The notes under the pieces were generated by a model. The model saw only the letters and a program-made list of their open reading frames with translations, searched no databases and had not been told where the DNA came from. From the human T2T-CHM13v2.0 reference genome, Homo sapiens, in NCBI RefSeq assembly GCF_009914755.1, contig NC_060926.1: a DNA stretch of 64,000 nucleotides. One strand, written 5' to 3'. The position numbers and the translations under genes were made by a program. This document shows positions 13,916 through 30,971 of the stretch, in pieces (positions within the stretch are counted from its first letter, which is position 1; every line of letters begins with the position of its first letter).

Positions 13916-14847
13916 TAAACCTTGGATTGAAGGGAGCCTCCTGCATAGGAGTTTTAAAATCACAAAATCATGAACTGTCAACAGTCTCCTTAGGTCAGCA
14001 GTTAAGTATGCCAAAAAATAAATTGTTTAAAAATCATCAGGTCCCTGCTACTAACAGCCGATAGTGCTCTGAAAGGTAAAAGGCAGAAGGACTTGTCCAG
14101 AATGTAGAGGCTTTAGGATCTGTGACAATAGTGATCTGTCTTCTTACACCACTAACCTCCTCTGCAGCCCCTCTTGGGTGATAGGCCCTGAGACATCCAA
14201 GCTGCTGAAATAATCCCGAGTCTTGAGTCAGATGGAGCAGAATGGTCGCTCCTCACAGGGCAGCTTAGGGAAGGGGCAGCCACAGGCACCTCAGGTGATG
14301 CTGGTTCCCTCGTTACTGCAGATATGTGCTTCCCTTTTCTGTGTATCATTAGAAAAAAACCCAGAAAACATCCTCATCTTTGAACAAAAGATTTAAGAAT
14401 TTCTCTTGTGAATAAGATATTGCTGGCTGCTTACTTCAACCTAGATCTTTACTGTGGTTGTGTGTGTCTAGAATCATCTAGACAGGGATTAGCAAGAAAC
14501 TCTTTAAGAATTCATGTGCTGGCTAATGATGGAAAATCCCGGGATTTAAAAGGAGCAGGGGAAAAACCGCCTGACTTGCTTTCTAGACAGATGCAAAATC
14601 TTCACCTTCCCTAAACGTCTTGAGTCCCATCGTGGGGCAGGGAGTGAAGGAAGGCCAAGCCCTAAGAGCAGGAAGATATGTCAAATTGCTGAGACCTTGG
14701 TGGCCCTGAGCATTGTTTAAGAGAAGAAACCTGATAAAGAATAATCGATTGCCCCCTCTTCCTCCCCAGCTTGTCTCAGCTTTTCCATACTTAGCATTTT
14801 AAAGACTTGAACAAGAAAGGAGAGCCTGCAGGGAGCCGAAATCAGTG

Positions 14848-15179
14848 TAGCTGGCCTTTCATATCCTCAGGTTCTGCATCCCTGGATTCAACTAACCGAG
14901 GATTGAAAATATTCGAAAAAGAGAATTGTGTCTGTATTGAACATGTACAGACTTTTTTCCTTGTCATTATTTCCCAAACAATATACTACAACTATTTACA
15001 GAGCATTGACATTGTAATAGGTATTATAAGTAATCTAGAGATGATTTAAAGTATGCAAGAGGATGTCTGTAGGTTATATGCAAATATTACACCATTTTAT
15101 AGAGGGAACTTGAGCATCCTTGAATTTTGGTGTCTGAGGTTGCGGGTCCAGGAAACAATCAGACAGTGAGGGAGGACTG
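14848..15179. mobile_element. MER2 (Tigger non-autonomous element)
   Basis: GGTTCTGCATCCCTGGATTCAACTAACC...GGTATTATAAGTAATCTAGAGATGATTTAAAGTAT...GAGGGAGGACTG. Confidence 0.88.
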
Positions 15180-16500
15180 TCTAGGCAACAAGAAAAAGGG
15201 CATCCTGAAAGGGGGCCTAAGGCCTGCTTTCTGTACTTTTGATGGTGTAAATCTGATGCTCTGGAGAGATTGTTTTTTGTTTCCCCAGCCAACTGTGCCC
15301 TCCTCACCCATGTCCATTTCTCTCTTTTGTCATTTATCCACCCATTCTTTTCTTTTCAAGTCCTTCTCAAAATCCTGACAGTTACATCCCTCCTTGGCTA
15401 AGACATTCACTAGCAGGTGGGGCCTTCTTCCTTCTCCATGGACCACAGCTGCCCATGACCAATACATCAAGTTCTGTATCCGTTGTCTTTCCAAAGCCTC
15501 TAGGTCAAGGCCAGCTAGTGCAGAAGGAGGAAAATACTTTCTGGTTACCTGTCTTTAGCTTTAAAGGTTCTGGAATATTAAAAACAATCAGCACAGGCTT
15601 TTCTACAGCATGTTTTTGAGACCCACTTGAGAATTTGGGTGGGGTTCGAAGAAACCAAATGTCTGGCCTATCCCAGGGGATATTAGTCACCCAAATGATG
15701 TTTCAGGATATAAAAACATATTAGACAAGTTCATACATGGGAGTAAGTGTCAGAATGGCCACTCCTTGTTGAAGCTTGAGGTTTTAAAATTCTGATCTAC
15801 TTTCTCAAAGAGTTTGTTTGTTTTAAAACTAAAAAGGCCAATGGAGAATAATTCTGGGAACTTTTTGAACATAATTTTTTTACTAAGGTGTAATAACAAT
15901 TGAGAAAAAGGGAAGGGGAGTGCAAGAAAGAGGTAGGCATGTCAAATATAGGTATAGACCCCAAACGTCATCTCTGCATTAACTTGTGTACCATCTGCAG
16001 TTGGATGGCTGGGTTGGACTCTGGTCTTTGTATGTCAGGAGAGACTGAGAAAAATTTTAGAGAAAGACAAGCCTGGAGCCAAAGGGGCCATGGGGCTTTG
16101 GTATATACAAAAGGGGTTGCATTAGTATAATCTCAAGTTCTGAAAAGTTGGGCCGCTTCACAGAGTAAATTGCTGGACTTATTAAAGGCTATGAAGCAAA
16201 TCAGTTACCCCAAAGGCCCTGGAAAAGTTGACAGGCTCCTAGTCACCAAATTCAGGAAGACTCAAGCAAGAAAGTCCTTGAGTCCTGATGGGACTAGATT
16301 CAGCCAATTAGAAAAAAAGTTTCTGTGTATAGAGACTGCTCAAATGTAAACAAAAAGATCCCAAATAATTATGCAGGTTGGACAAGGAGACATTCTAAAA
16401 GAAAAAGTGGCTTTTATTTAAAAAAAAAAAAAGGAATAAAGCTTATATTCTTCCAAGTCAGCATTGAGAGATGATTCCAGCAGCTAATGTTCCCATTCCT

Positions 16501-16800
16501 CTGGAGTTGTACCATCCATTATGGAAGCCATTAGCCATACGTAGTTACTGAGCACTCCAAATTGATGTGCATTGCGAGTATAATATACACACTGGATTTC
16601 AAAGACTTACCATGAAAAAAAGAATGTAAAATGTCTCATCAATAATTTTTTCATGTGGATTTGTTAAAGTAACATTTTAGAAATATTGGGTTAAAACTAT
16701 ACTAAGATTAATTTCACCCCTTAAGTTATTTTAACATGGCTACTTACATGTAAAACTTACTTATGTGGCTTATGTTATATTCTTATTGAACAGCATTGCT
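16501..16800. mobile_element. MER33-like hAT-Charlie element
   Basis: GCCATTAGCCA...ACTGAGCACT...ACACACTGGATTTCAAAGACTTA...AAGATTAATTTCACC...TTGAACAGCATTG. Confidence 0.75.
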
Positions 16801-17704
16801 TTAGAGTCCTTTGTTAATAATCACTCATAGTCATGCTTAAGGGGAATGCTTCTCCTTTGTTAACATCAACACAAGCATGTGTAGTATGGGCCTACAGCGT
16901 GTCTAGAATGCCTGAAAGTTGATTTACTGAAGGTCAGGGTCATGCCACTAGGGCAGAAACACAGAGGGTCTTGTTGATGAAAGCGATGGATTTTAACCTT
17001 TCTGGAGCTGCTTTAATTATGACCCAGCTCCCCTCACTTGCAGGGTTCTAGAAGTAGTAGGTATCTAATAGTAGCATTGGGTTCTATCATTTACAGCACG
17101 TAGAACAGAGTCCATAGTAGACACTTTATAAGCACTCACTGTTATACTTTTCTCTGTAAAAATTAAACTCTATATAAATGGGTTTCCCTGACACTAATAG
17201 AATTCTCCATGAGTGTTTTTGCCCCAGTTTTTAAATGTAGGGAACAATGGCCCCTACTTTGCCTATCTATAAGCTGTCAGGGCCTGCTATTGACTGGGTC
17301 TGGTGCTTGAACCAATGCTGGAATGCAGATGCTCTTTCTAGGGAGTAAGGTTTGGACACAGTCTGTGGTTCCCTATGCCACTCGCTGGGTGGCTAGGATT
17401 GATCTTATTTCTGGGGCACCTACTTAAGCATTTGATGTAGTCTCCTTGTCTTACTTCCCTCATGTCCTCTCTGAGACCCTTGTCCTTTTTTGCTCTGGAC
17501 ATCTTGGGTCATGGTGTTCATCATGCTTTGGATCCCCCTTTAGCTGAAATGCCACCCCACCAATCACATGGCCCCTGCTCAATAAATGTGGCCACGTCCA
17601 ATGGCAATTAATTTAAAATAATACAGAAATTTGGTTTTTAGCCAGCTATTAGCAACTAGGTACTGTGGATCTCAACCGTTCAGCTACTATTAAGATCATC
17701 CAGA

Positions 17705-18235
<531 letters not shown>

Positions 18236-18390
18236 CTATCATTTTGGGTGTTAAAATAATTTTTGGTGTGAAGATTAGATGGCTAATATTTTAGTTCAAA
18301 CTTCATAGCATAACCATTTGTAGATTTTATAAATTAGCATACTCCCTGGCACATAGCAAGCAATAACTAAAAGATTGCTGAATTGATGAC

Positions 18391-18635
18391 TGTCTTAGTC
18401 CATTTGCACTGCTGTAACAAAATGCCTGAGACTGGGCAATTTATAAAGAACAGAAATTTATTTCTCACATTTCTGGAGACTGGGAAGTCCGAGATCAGAA
18501 CAGCAATGAATTTGGTGTCTGGTGAGGATCTTCTTACTGAGTCCTCCCGTAGTAGAAGAGTGGAAGAGCACAAAGTGGCCTAAGCTAGTTCCATTCAACC
18601 CTTTATAAGGCACTAATCCATTCATGAGCCCTCAT
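18391..18635 (-). mobile_element. MaLR MST-family (MSTC/D-like) LTR, left part
   Basis: TGTCTTAGTCCATTTGCACTGCTGTAACAAAATGCCTGAGACTGGG...GGCACTAATCCATTCATGAGCCCTCAT; continues at 25441. Confidence 0.85.
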
Positions 18636-18905
18636 TGAAGCGGCATCATTGTCTGGGGTAAATACCTGTGGTTCATCGTCTCGTGCAGAGAAGGTTAACA
18701 ACATGGACATACACACATGGAGTGAGTTAAAGAGTAGAAAGTTTAATAGGCAGAAGAAAGGAGAGAGGAGACTAGCTTTCTTGTGAAAGAGAGCCGTCTG
18801 ATAGGGAAACATGGCAGACTGCAGCAGATATTATAGGCAAGGTTGAGATGCAGTGTCTGATTTACGTAGGGCCCACAGATTGGTTCAACCCGGTGTCACG
18901 TTTAT
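18636..18905 (-). mobile_element. ERV1 MER61-like LTR, 3' part (CCAAT/TATA/R/U5)
   Basis: Begins TGAAGCGGCATCATTGTCTGGGGTAAATACC; 4-bp TSD tcat(18632)/tgat(25437). Confidence 0.8.
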
Positions 18906-19127
18906 TTATTATTATTTTTTAAAATTATACTTGAAGTTCTAGGGTACATATGCACAATGTGCAGGTTTGTTACATAGGTATACATGTGCCATGTTGGTTT
19001 GCTGCATCCATCAACTCATCATTTACATTAGGTATTTCTCCTAACGCTCTCCCTCCCCCAACCCCCTACTCCCCAACAGGCCCTGGTGTGTGATGTTCCC
19101 CTTCCTGTGTCCAAGTGTTCTCGTTGT

Positions 19128-22946
<3,819 letters not shown>

Positions 22947-23009
22947 TATGATGTTAGCTGGTTATTTTGCCCATTAATTAATGCAGTTTCTTAATAGTAT
23001 TGATGTTCT

Positions 23010-24025
23010 TTACCATTTGGCATGTTTTTGCAGTGGCTGGTACTGGTTTTTCCCTTCCATGTTTAGTGCTTCCTTCAGGAGCTCTTGTAAGGCAGGCCTG
23101 GTGGTGACAAAATCTCTCAGCATTTGCTTGTCTGTAAAGGATTTTATTTCTCCTTCACTTATGAAGCTTAGTTTGGCTGGATATGAAATTCTGGGTTGAA
23201 AATTCTTTCCTTTCAGAACGTTGAATATTGGCCCCCACTCTCTTCTGGCTTGTGGGGTTACTGCTGGGAGATCTGCTGTTAGTCTGATGGGCTTCCCTTT
23301 TTAGGCAACCTGACCTTTCTGGCTGCCCTTAACATTTTTTCCTTCATCTCAACTTTGGTCAATCTGACAATTATGTGTCTTGGAGTTGCTCTTCTTGAGG
23401 AGTGTCTTTGTGGTGTTCTCTGTATTACCTGGATTTGAATGTTGGCCTGCCTTGCTAGGTTGGGGAAGTTCTCCTGGATAATACCCTGAAGAGTGTTTTC
23501 CAACTTGATTCCATTCTCCCCATCACTTTCAGGTACACCAATCAAATGTAGATTTGGTATTTTCACATAGTCCCATATTTCTTGGAGGCTTTGTTTATTT
23601 CTTTTTACTCTTTTTTTCTCTAATCTTGTCCTCTGACTTTATTTCATTAATTTGATCTTCAATCACTGATATCCTTTCTTCCATTTGATCAAATCAGCTA
23701 TTGAAGCTTGTGCATGTGTCACGAAGTTCTCGTGCCATAGTTTTCAGCTCCATCAGGTCATTTAAGGTCTTCTTTACACTGTTTATTCTAGTTAGCCATT
23801 CATCTAACCTTTTTTGAAGATTTTTAGCTTCCTTGTTATGGGTTAAAATATGCTCCTTTAGCTCGGAGAAGTTTGTTATTACTGACCTCTGAAGCCTATT
23901 TCTGTCAACTCGTCATTTTCTGTCCAGCTTTGTTCTGTTGCTGGCGAGGAGCTGCAATCCTTTGGAAGAGAAGAGGCGTTCTGGTTTTTATAATTTTCAG
24001 CTTTTCTGCTCTGGCTTCTCCCCAT
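23010..24025 (-). pseudogene. L1 ORF1, disrupted
   Basis: PNLHLIGVPESDGENG...IIQENFPNLARQANIQIQ...TPRHIIVR; ATG at 24025, stop at ~23010. Confidence 0.9.
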
Positions 24026-25067
24026 CTTTGTGATTTTATCTACCTTTGGTCTTTGATGATAGTGACCTACAGATGGGGTTTTGGTGTGGCTGTCCTTTTT
24101 GTTGGTGTTGATGCTGTTCCTTTCTGTTAGTTTTCCTTCTAACAGTCAGGACTTTCAGCTGCAGGTCTGTTGGAGTTTGCTGGAGGTCCACTCCAGACCC
24201 TGTTTGCCTGGGTATCACCAGTGGAGGCTGCAGAATTGCAAATATTGCAGATCAGCAAATATTGCAGAACAGCAAATATTGCTGCCTGATTCTTCCTCTG
24301 GAAGCTTCATTCCAGAGGGGCACCCACCTGTATTAGGTGTCTGTCGGCCCCTACTGGGAGGTGTCTCCCAGTTAGGCTACATGGGGGTCAGGGACCCACT
24401 TGAGGAGGCAGTCTGTCCATTCTCAGAGCTCAAACACCTGTGCTGGGAGAACCACTGCTCTTTTCAGAGCTGTCAGACAGGGACGTTTAAGTCTGCAGAA
24501 GTTGTCTGCTGCCTTTTGTTCAGCTGTGCCCTGCCCACAGAAGTGGAGTCTATAGAGGCTGTAGGCCTTGCTGAGCTGTGGCGGGCTCTGCCGAGTTTGA
24601 GCTTCCTGGCCACTTTGTTTACCTACTCAAGCCTCAGCAGTGGTGGATGCCCCTCCCCCCACCAGGCTGCAGCCTCACAGGTTGATCTCAGAGTGCTGCA
24701 CTAGCAGTGAGCAAGGCTCCGTGGATGTGGGACTTGCCAAGCCAGGCACGGGAGAGAATCTCCTGGTCTGCTGGTTGCTAAGACCATGGGAAAAGCCCAG
24801 TATTTGTGGGAGTGTACCAATTTTCCAGATGTAGTCTGTCACGGCTTCCCTTGACTAGGAAAGGGAAATCCCCCAACCCCTGTGCTTCCCGGGTGAGGTG
24901 ACGCCCCACACTGCTTCTGCTTGCCCTCCGTGGGCTGCACCCACTGTCCAACCAGTCTCAGTGAGATGAACCAGTTACCTCAGTTGGAAATGCAGAAATC
25001 ACTCATCTTCTGTGTTGATCATGCTGGGAGCTGCAGACCTGAGCTGCTCCTATTCAGCCATCTGGGA

Positions 25068-25436
25068 ATGTTTATATATGGAGCAGGGAAGGCCGGTCAT
25101 CCCCACCCTAATCTTATGATGCAAATGGGCTTTCCACTTGGCTGGTGCCACCTTGTCTGCTCCTTACTGTACATGTGGCTGGCAAAGAGAAGATAGAGCC
25201 ACCATTTTGATCATGCCTAGTCCCAGATAGCATTTTTCTTCTATTGGCACAACCACGGGCATTCACTTGTGCAAGCTTCCAGTTTCCTTGTTTATGTCTA
25301 CAGCTCAATTTTACAGGCTGCTCTTTGTTAGAAAAGAAAATGATTTGGGGGCACTTTTCATTAAAAGGAAAACCTTACTGAGGACTTCCTTACCCTCACT
25401 ATCTGCCTAAATAATTTCTTTTTAACTCCTATATCA
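25068..25436 (-). mobile_element. ERV1 MER61-like LTR, 5' (U3) part
   Basis: Reverse complement begins TGATATAGGAGTTAAAAAGAAATTATTTAGGCAGATAGTGAGGGTAAGGAAGTCC. Confidence 0.85.
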
Positions 25437-25440
25437 TGAT

Positions 25441-25534
25441 GACTTAATCACTTCCCAGAAGCCCTTCTCTTAACACCACCAAATGGGGATTACATTTCCA
25501 CCCAAGAATTTTGGGGCAGATTCAAACAATAGCA
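25441..25534 (-). mobile_element. MST-family LTR, right part
   Basis: GACTTAATCACTTCCCAG...ATGGGGATTACATTTCCA...GAATTTTGGGGCAGATTCAAACAATAGCA continues 18391-18635. Confidence 0.75.
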
Positions 25535-25656
25535 ATAAATGTGAATATCAAGTACATATTTGTAGAGAAAATATTTTTAAAATGTATTTTATAAAGTGTT
25601 TTTCAAGATACCTTTTTAAGATTTATTTTTAATTTTTATAGATTTAGTGAGTATAA

Positions 25657-25976
<320 letters not shown>

Positions 25977-27423
25977 AGATTTCTTACATGTGCAGATTTC
26001 TTACATTTCTCCTGCCCTCCTCCTTTTTGGAGTCTCCAGTGTCTATTATTCCACTCATGTGGAATAATAATACATGTGCAGGATGTGTAGGTTTGTTACA
26101 TAGGTAAACGTGTGCCATGGTGGTTTGTGCACCTATCAACCCATCACCTAGGTATTAAGCACCCTGCATGCATTAGCTGTTTATCCTGATGCTCCCTCTC
26201 CCCCAACCCCTGATAGGCCCCAGTATGTGGTGTTTCCCTCCCTGTGTCCATATGTTCTCATTGTTTAGCTCTCACTTATAAGTGAGAATATGAGTATATA
26301 CCACATTTTTAAAATTCGGTCCTCCATTGGTGGATACTTAGATTGATTCCATATCTTTACTATTGTGAATAGTGCTGTGATAAACATACAAGTGCAGAAT
26401 CTTTTTGATATAATGATATTTCCCCCTTTGGGTATATACCCAGTATTGGGATTGCTGAATAGAATAGTGGTTCTATTTTTAGTTCTTTGAGAAGTCTCCG
26501 TACTGTTTTACATAAAGGTTGTACTAATTTACATTCCCACAAAGAGAGTAAAAGTTCCTATTTCTCTGCATCTTTACCAACATCTGTTGTTTTTTCAACT
26601 TCTTAATGATAGTCATTCTGACTGGTGTAATATGGTATCTTATTGTGGTTTTAATTTGCATTTCTCTGATGATTAGCGATGTTGAGCATTTCTTCATGTT
26701 TGTTGGCTGCTTATATGCCTTCTTTTGAAAAATGTTCATGTCCTCTGCCCACCTTTTAGTGGTGCTATTTGTTTTTTCTTGTTGAGTTCCTTGTAGATTC
26801 TGGATATTAGCCCTTTGTTGGATGCATAGTTTGCAAATATTTTTTCCCATTTTGTAGGTTGTCTGTTTATTCTGCTGATTGCTTCTTTTGCTGTGCGGAA
26901 GCTTTTTAATTTAATTAAGTCTCATTTGCCTATTTTTGTTTTTGTTGTGTTTGCTTTTGAGGACTTAGTCATAAATTCTTTGCCTAGAGCCAATGTCCAG
27001 AAGAGTTTTTCCTAAGCTTTTGTCTGGGAATTTTAGTTTTGGGCCTTAAATTCTTCTAGAGTTAATTTTTGTCTATGGTGAGAGGTATGGGTCCGGTTTC
27101 ATTCTTCTGCATATGGCTATCCAATCTTCCTAGCAACATCTGTTGAATAGGGTGTCCTTTTTCCAGTGTATATTTTTGTTGACTTTGTCGAAGATCAGTT
27201 GGTTGTAGGTATGTGGCTTTATTTCTGGGTTCTCTGTTCTGTTCCATTGATCTATGTGTCTATTCTTATACCAGTACCATGCTGTTTTGGTTACTATAAC
27301 CTTGTAATATAATTTGAAATCAGGTAATTTGATGCCTCCAGCTTTACTCCTTTTTCTTAGGATTGCTTAGGAGCTATTTGAGTTCTTTTTTGTTTCCATA
27401 TGAATATGAGGATTCCTTTTTCT

Positions 27424-27725
<302 letters not shown>

Positions 27726-27861
27726 GAGGATTCTTTTTTCTAATTCTGTGAAAAATGATGTTGGTAATTTGTTAGGGATTGCATTGAATCTGTAGATTGC
27801 TTTGGACAGTATGGTCACTTTAACAATGATTTCAAGATATCTTTAGCTTTAAAAATGTATT

Positions 27862-28080
27862 AAGCATGATAACTATAGTTAATAATAATGAATTGTATTT
27901 TTCAAAATTGCTAAGACAGTAGATTTTAAATGTTCCCACCATAAAAAAATGCTAAGCAGATGAGGTGATGGAGATGCTAATTAGTTTGATTTACTCATTC
28001 CATAATGTATACATATATCAAAACATTGCATTGTACCCCATGAATATATATATAATTTGTCAATTAAAAATAAAAATTTA
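27862..28080 (+). mobile_element. L1MA 3' end
   Basis: AACTATAGTTAATAATAATG...AAAATTGCTAAGACAGTAGATTTTAAATGTTC...TCAATTAAAAATAAA. Confidence 0.85.
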
Positions 28081-28621
28081 AATATGTATTGAATGTTTCC
28101 ATCAAATTTCATATGCCTTAAATAAAGGAGAACTGTGCCTCTGAAGAGTCTGGCAGGTGGCCCCTTGGAGGAGGCCAGCTTCAGAGCTGTCTCCTCAAAG
28201 AAGACGTGGATGGGGTAGTTCATTTGTTTTTGAACACAGAATGGATACAGCTGTAGGAGGGGCCTTTATCAACAACCAGTCCCACTCTGCAGCAGTTAAT
28301 TGCCACTTCCTGTCTAGAGAGTGCAGCACAATAGACTGAGCCCATCTGCTGTTTGCATCCCCCATGCCACCCACATGGGCATTAAGGTGGTGGAGGTCTA
28401 ACAAGAAAGACTGATAGCGAGTCTGCCAGTGGGAGACTGGTCCATGGGTCTCTGTTAGCCCCAGGAATGGTTTCCACAGGTCAGGCTGACCTTCTGTGGC
28501 TGCCCTGCAAAGGGCCACACCTGTGCCTGCAAATACAGCTGCTGGCGTCTTCACATGGCTCAGCTCCCTGACCTGTAAACCTCTAACCGGAATGTTCTTT
28601 GGTGGTTAGGTCTGATGTTTC

Positions 28622-29172
28622 TGTTACAGGAAAAGGTTCCCGATCCAGACCCCAAGAGAGGGTTCTTGGATCTTGTGCAAGAGAGAATTCAGGGCGAGTC
28701 TGCAGTGCAAAGGGAAAGCAAGTTTATTAAGAAAGTAAAAGAATAAAAGAATGGCTATTCCATAGACATAGCAGCCTCGAGAGCTGCTGGTTGCCCATTT
28801 TTATGGTTATTTCTTGATGATATGCTACACAAGGGATGGATTATTCATGCCTCCCCTATTTAGACCACATAGGGCTCCTGACGTTGCTATGGCATTTTTT
28901 AAACTGTCATGGCGCTGGTGGGAGTGTAACAGTGAGGCTGCCCAGAGGTCACTCTCGTCACTATTTTGGTTTTGGTGGGTTTTGGCCAGCTCCTTAACTG
29001 CAACCTGTTTTATCAGCAAGGTCTTCATGACCTGTACTTTGTGCTGACCTCCTATCTCATCCTGTGACTTAGAATGCCTTAACCACCTGGGAATGCAGCC
29101 CAGTAGGTGTCAGCCTCACTTTACCCAGCTCCTATTAAAGATGGAGTTGTTCTGGTTCACATGCCTCTGACA
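28622..29172 (-). mobile_element. ERV1 MER41 solo LTR (MER41A-like), 551 bp
   Basis: TGTTACAGGAAAAGGTTCCCGATCCAGACCCCAAGAGAGGGTTCTTGGATC...ATGCCTCTGACA; perfect 4-bp TSD TTTC. Confidence 0.93.
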
Positions 29173-30389
29173 TTTCCACAGGCTGCTTTGTGTAGACTTT
29201 TAAAGAAAAAACAACCCACAAACCTATCTAAAAACAGTTGAACTGATGCAAGTTCTAAAAATGACTGAAAAATAAGCTTTATGGGGTAGGAGCCCTGTCC
29301 AAAGCAGGGCTTTCAGGGGCCATGTGGGAAATCCACACCCACGCAGTTAGCTAGTTGCATCTCTTTACCCACATTAGATGGCGATTTTAATTTGTTTTTA
29401 ACTTAGCAAGAATTTGTTCAGTGATGATTCACTTTCACCAGCCTCCATGTCAGAGAAGGAAGACAGGTCATGTTCTCAAATTGTCCTTCCTTTTCACTCC
29501 TTCATAAAAATCCTGTTGTCCCCTTCCCTTTCTTCCTTGCTCAGCCATGTCCTCGCTCCCTCCCAAGCCTTCAGGAGTCTTTGTATCTGCAGAGAAATGG
29601 GGAGCTCAAATTAGTTAGGCAGGTCAAAAGAGGCAGAAAGAGGAACAGGGGTGGGCAGAGTTTCCACAAGTGGCTTTGCACGTCCCTGAGCTGCACCTTG
29701 CACCAGCAATCCCCTACCTATGCTTCACTACCAATGACAGCGGGTCAGTGCAAAATAATCCAGGAACCACAGGCTGCCTGGGGGCTGCTGCTGCCTCTTG
29801 CTCAAATGAACATTATTCTCTGCTGGGAGCGGCGAGTCTACAAGCATGGGTGAAAACATCATGTCTCGGATTCAGAATCTGAGAAGGAGCAAGAAAGGAA
29901 GTCATCACAGACACAGAAATATCGGGAACCTGAACGAACTTATGTAGTGGACATTGGAGCATTCTTTCTTTTGGTGCTGGCATTCCCAGTGTTAGAAGGG
30001 ACAGTATTCAGCCAACACATATTTATCAGGTAGTAGCTATGTGTCAGGCTTCTGTGCTAGCTGCTGAGGTGCTGTGAGTGACAGTCCTGCTTTCACAAAG
30101 CTCATAGTTGAGAGCAGTAGTCTCCAAACATTAGTCATTTTACATCCCTATAGGAAAAACATTGAGCTGAACTACTCTGTTTTTTATTTATAAATTATGT
30201 AATATATTGCTATGTTATGCACATCAAGTAAAATGATTTGTGTACATTACAAAATGAACAGGCAAAATAAATTAATCCAGAGGAGTTACAAATGTATATA
30301 TCTATATAAGTTTCTAATATTTTCTTCTCACCTTCCAATAACTTATTTTGCACAAGTTCTGGGATGCAGGCACCCACTGTAGAGATGAC

Positions 30390-30640
30390 AGATGGTATTA
30401 AGAGTGTGATCTAGTGTGAGATTTTCTGGGTTCTGATGTTGGCTCCAGCCCATACTTTTTGTGTGGCCTAGGATTTGTTTCTTAAGTGCTCGGTCTAAGT
30501 TTCTCCATGTGTAAAATAGGTTTTATAATAATACTTTCGTTAGGGTTTTAGTGAAGATGGAATGAGGTGATCCATGTAAAGTGCTTAGAAGTCTTCCTGG
30601 CATTTGGAAAGAGTGCAATAAATGTTATTATTTTGATTAT
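30390..30640 (+). mobile_element. MIR, near full length
   Basis: TTAAGAGTGTG...CTGGGTTCTGA...AGTTTCTCCATGTGTAAAATAGG...CATGTAAAGTGCTTAGAA...CAATAAATGTTATTATT. Confidence 0.8.
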
Positions 30641-30971
30641 TACAGTCTCTTCAGAGAGAAAATCACTAACCAACTAAGTATTTAATTTCAACTGTGATGA
30701 GTACCAAGCAGGGCTAGTCTAGGATGCCAGGAGGGTGTATTGGGAAGACTTAACCCAGTCAGTTTTGAGCTGTGTTTGGAGTTCAGGAGGGAGCCAGGGT
30801 TGGAGCAGGGGCAGAACATTCCCAGCTGAGAAACAGCACCTGCGAAGGCTGAGGCAGGAGAGAACTTAACTCCTTGGGGGAGAAGACGAGGGCCCAGTAA
30901 GAGGGGAAGAACACTAACAGGTCCAATAGGAGAAGCAGGCTGGCTGGAGACCATGCAGGTCTTCGTGGGCA

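Noticed and set aside
24081-24704. 207-aa plus-strand ORF
   Set aside because: Antisense reading of the L1 5'UTR, non-ATG start; I cannot show an intact ORF0.
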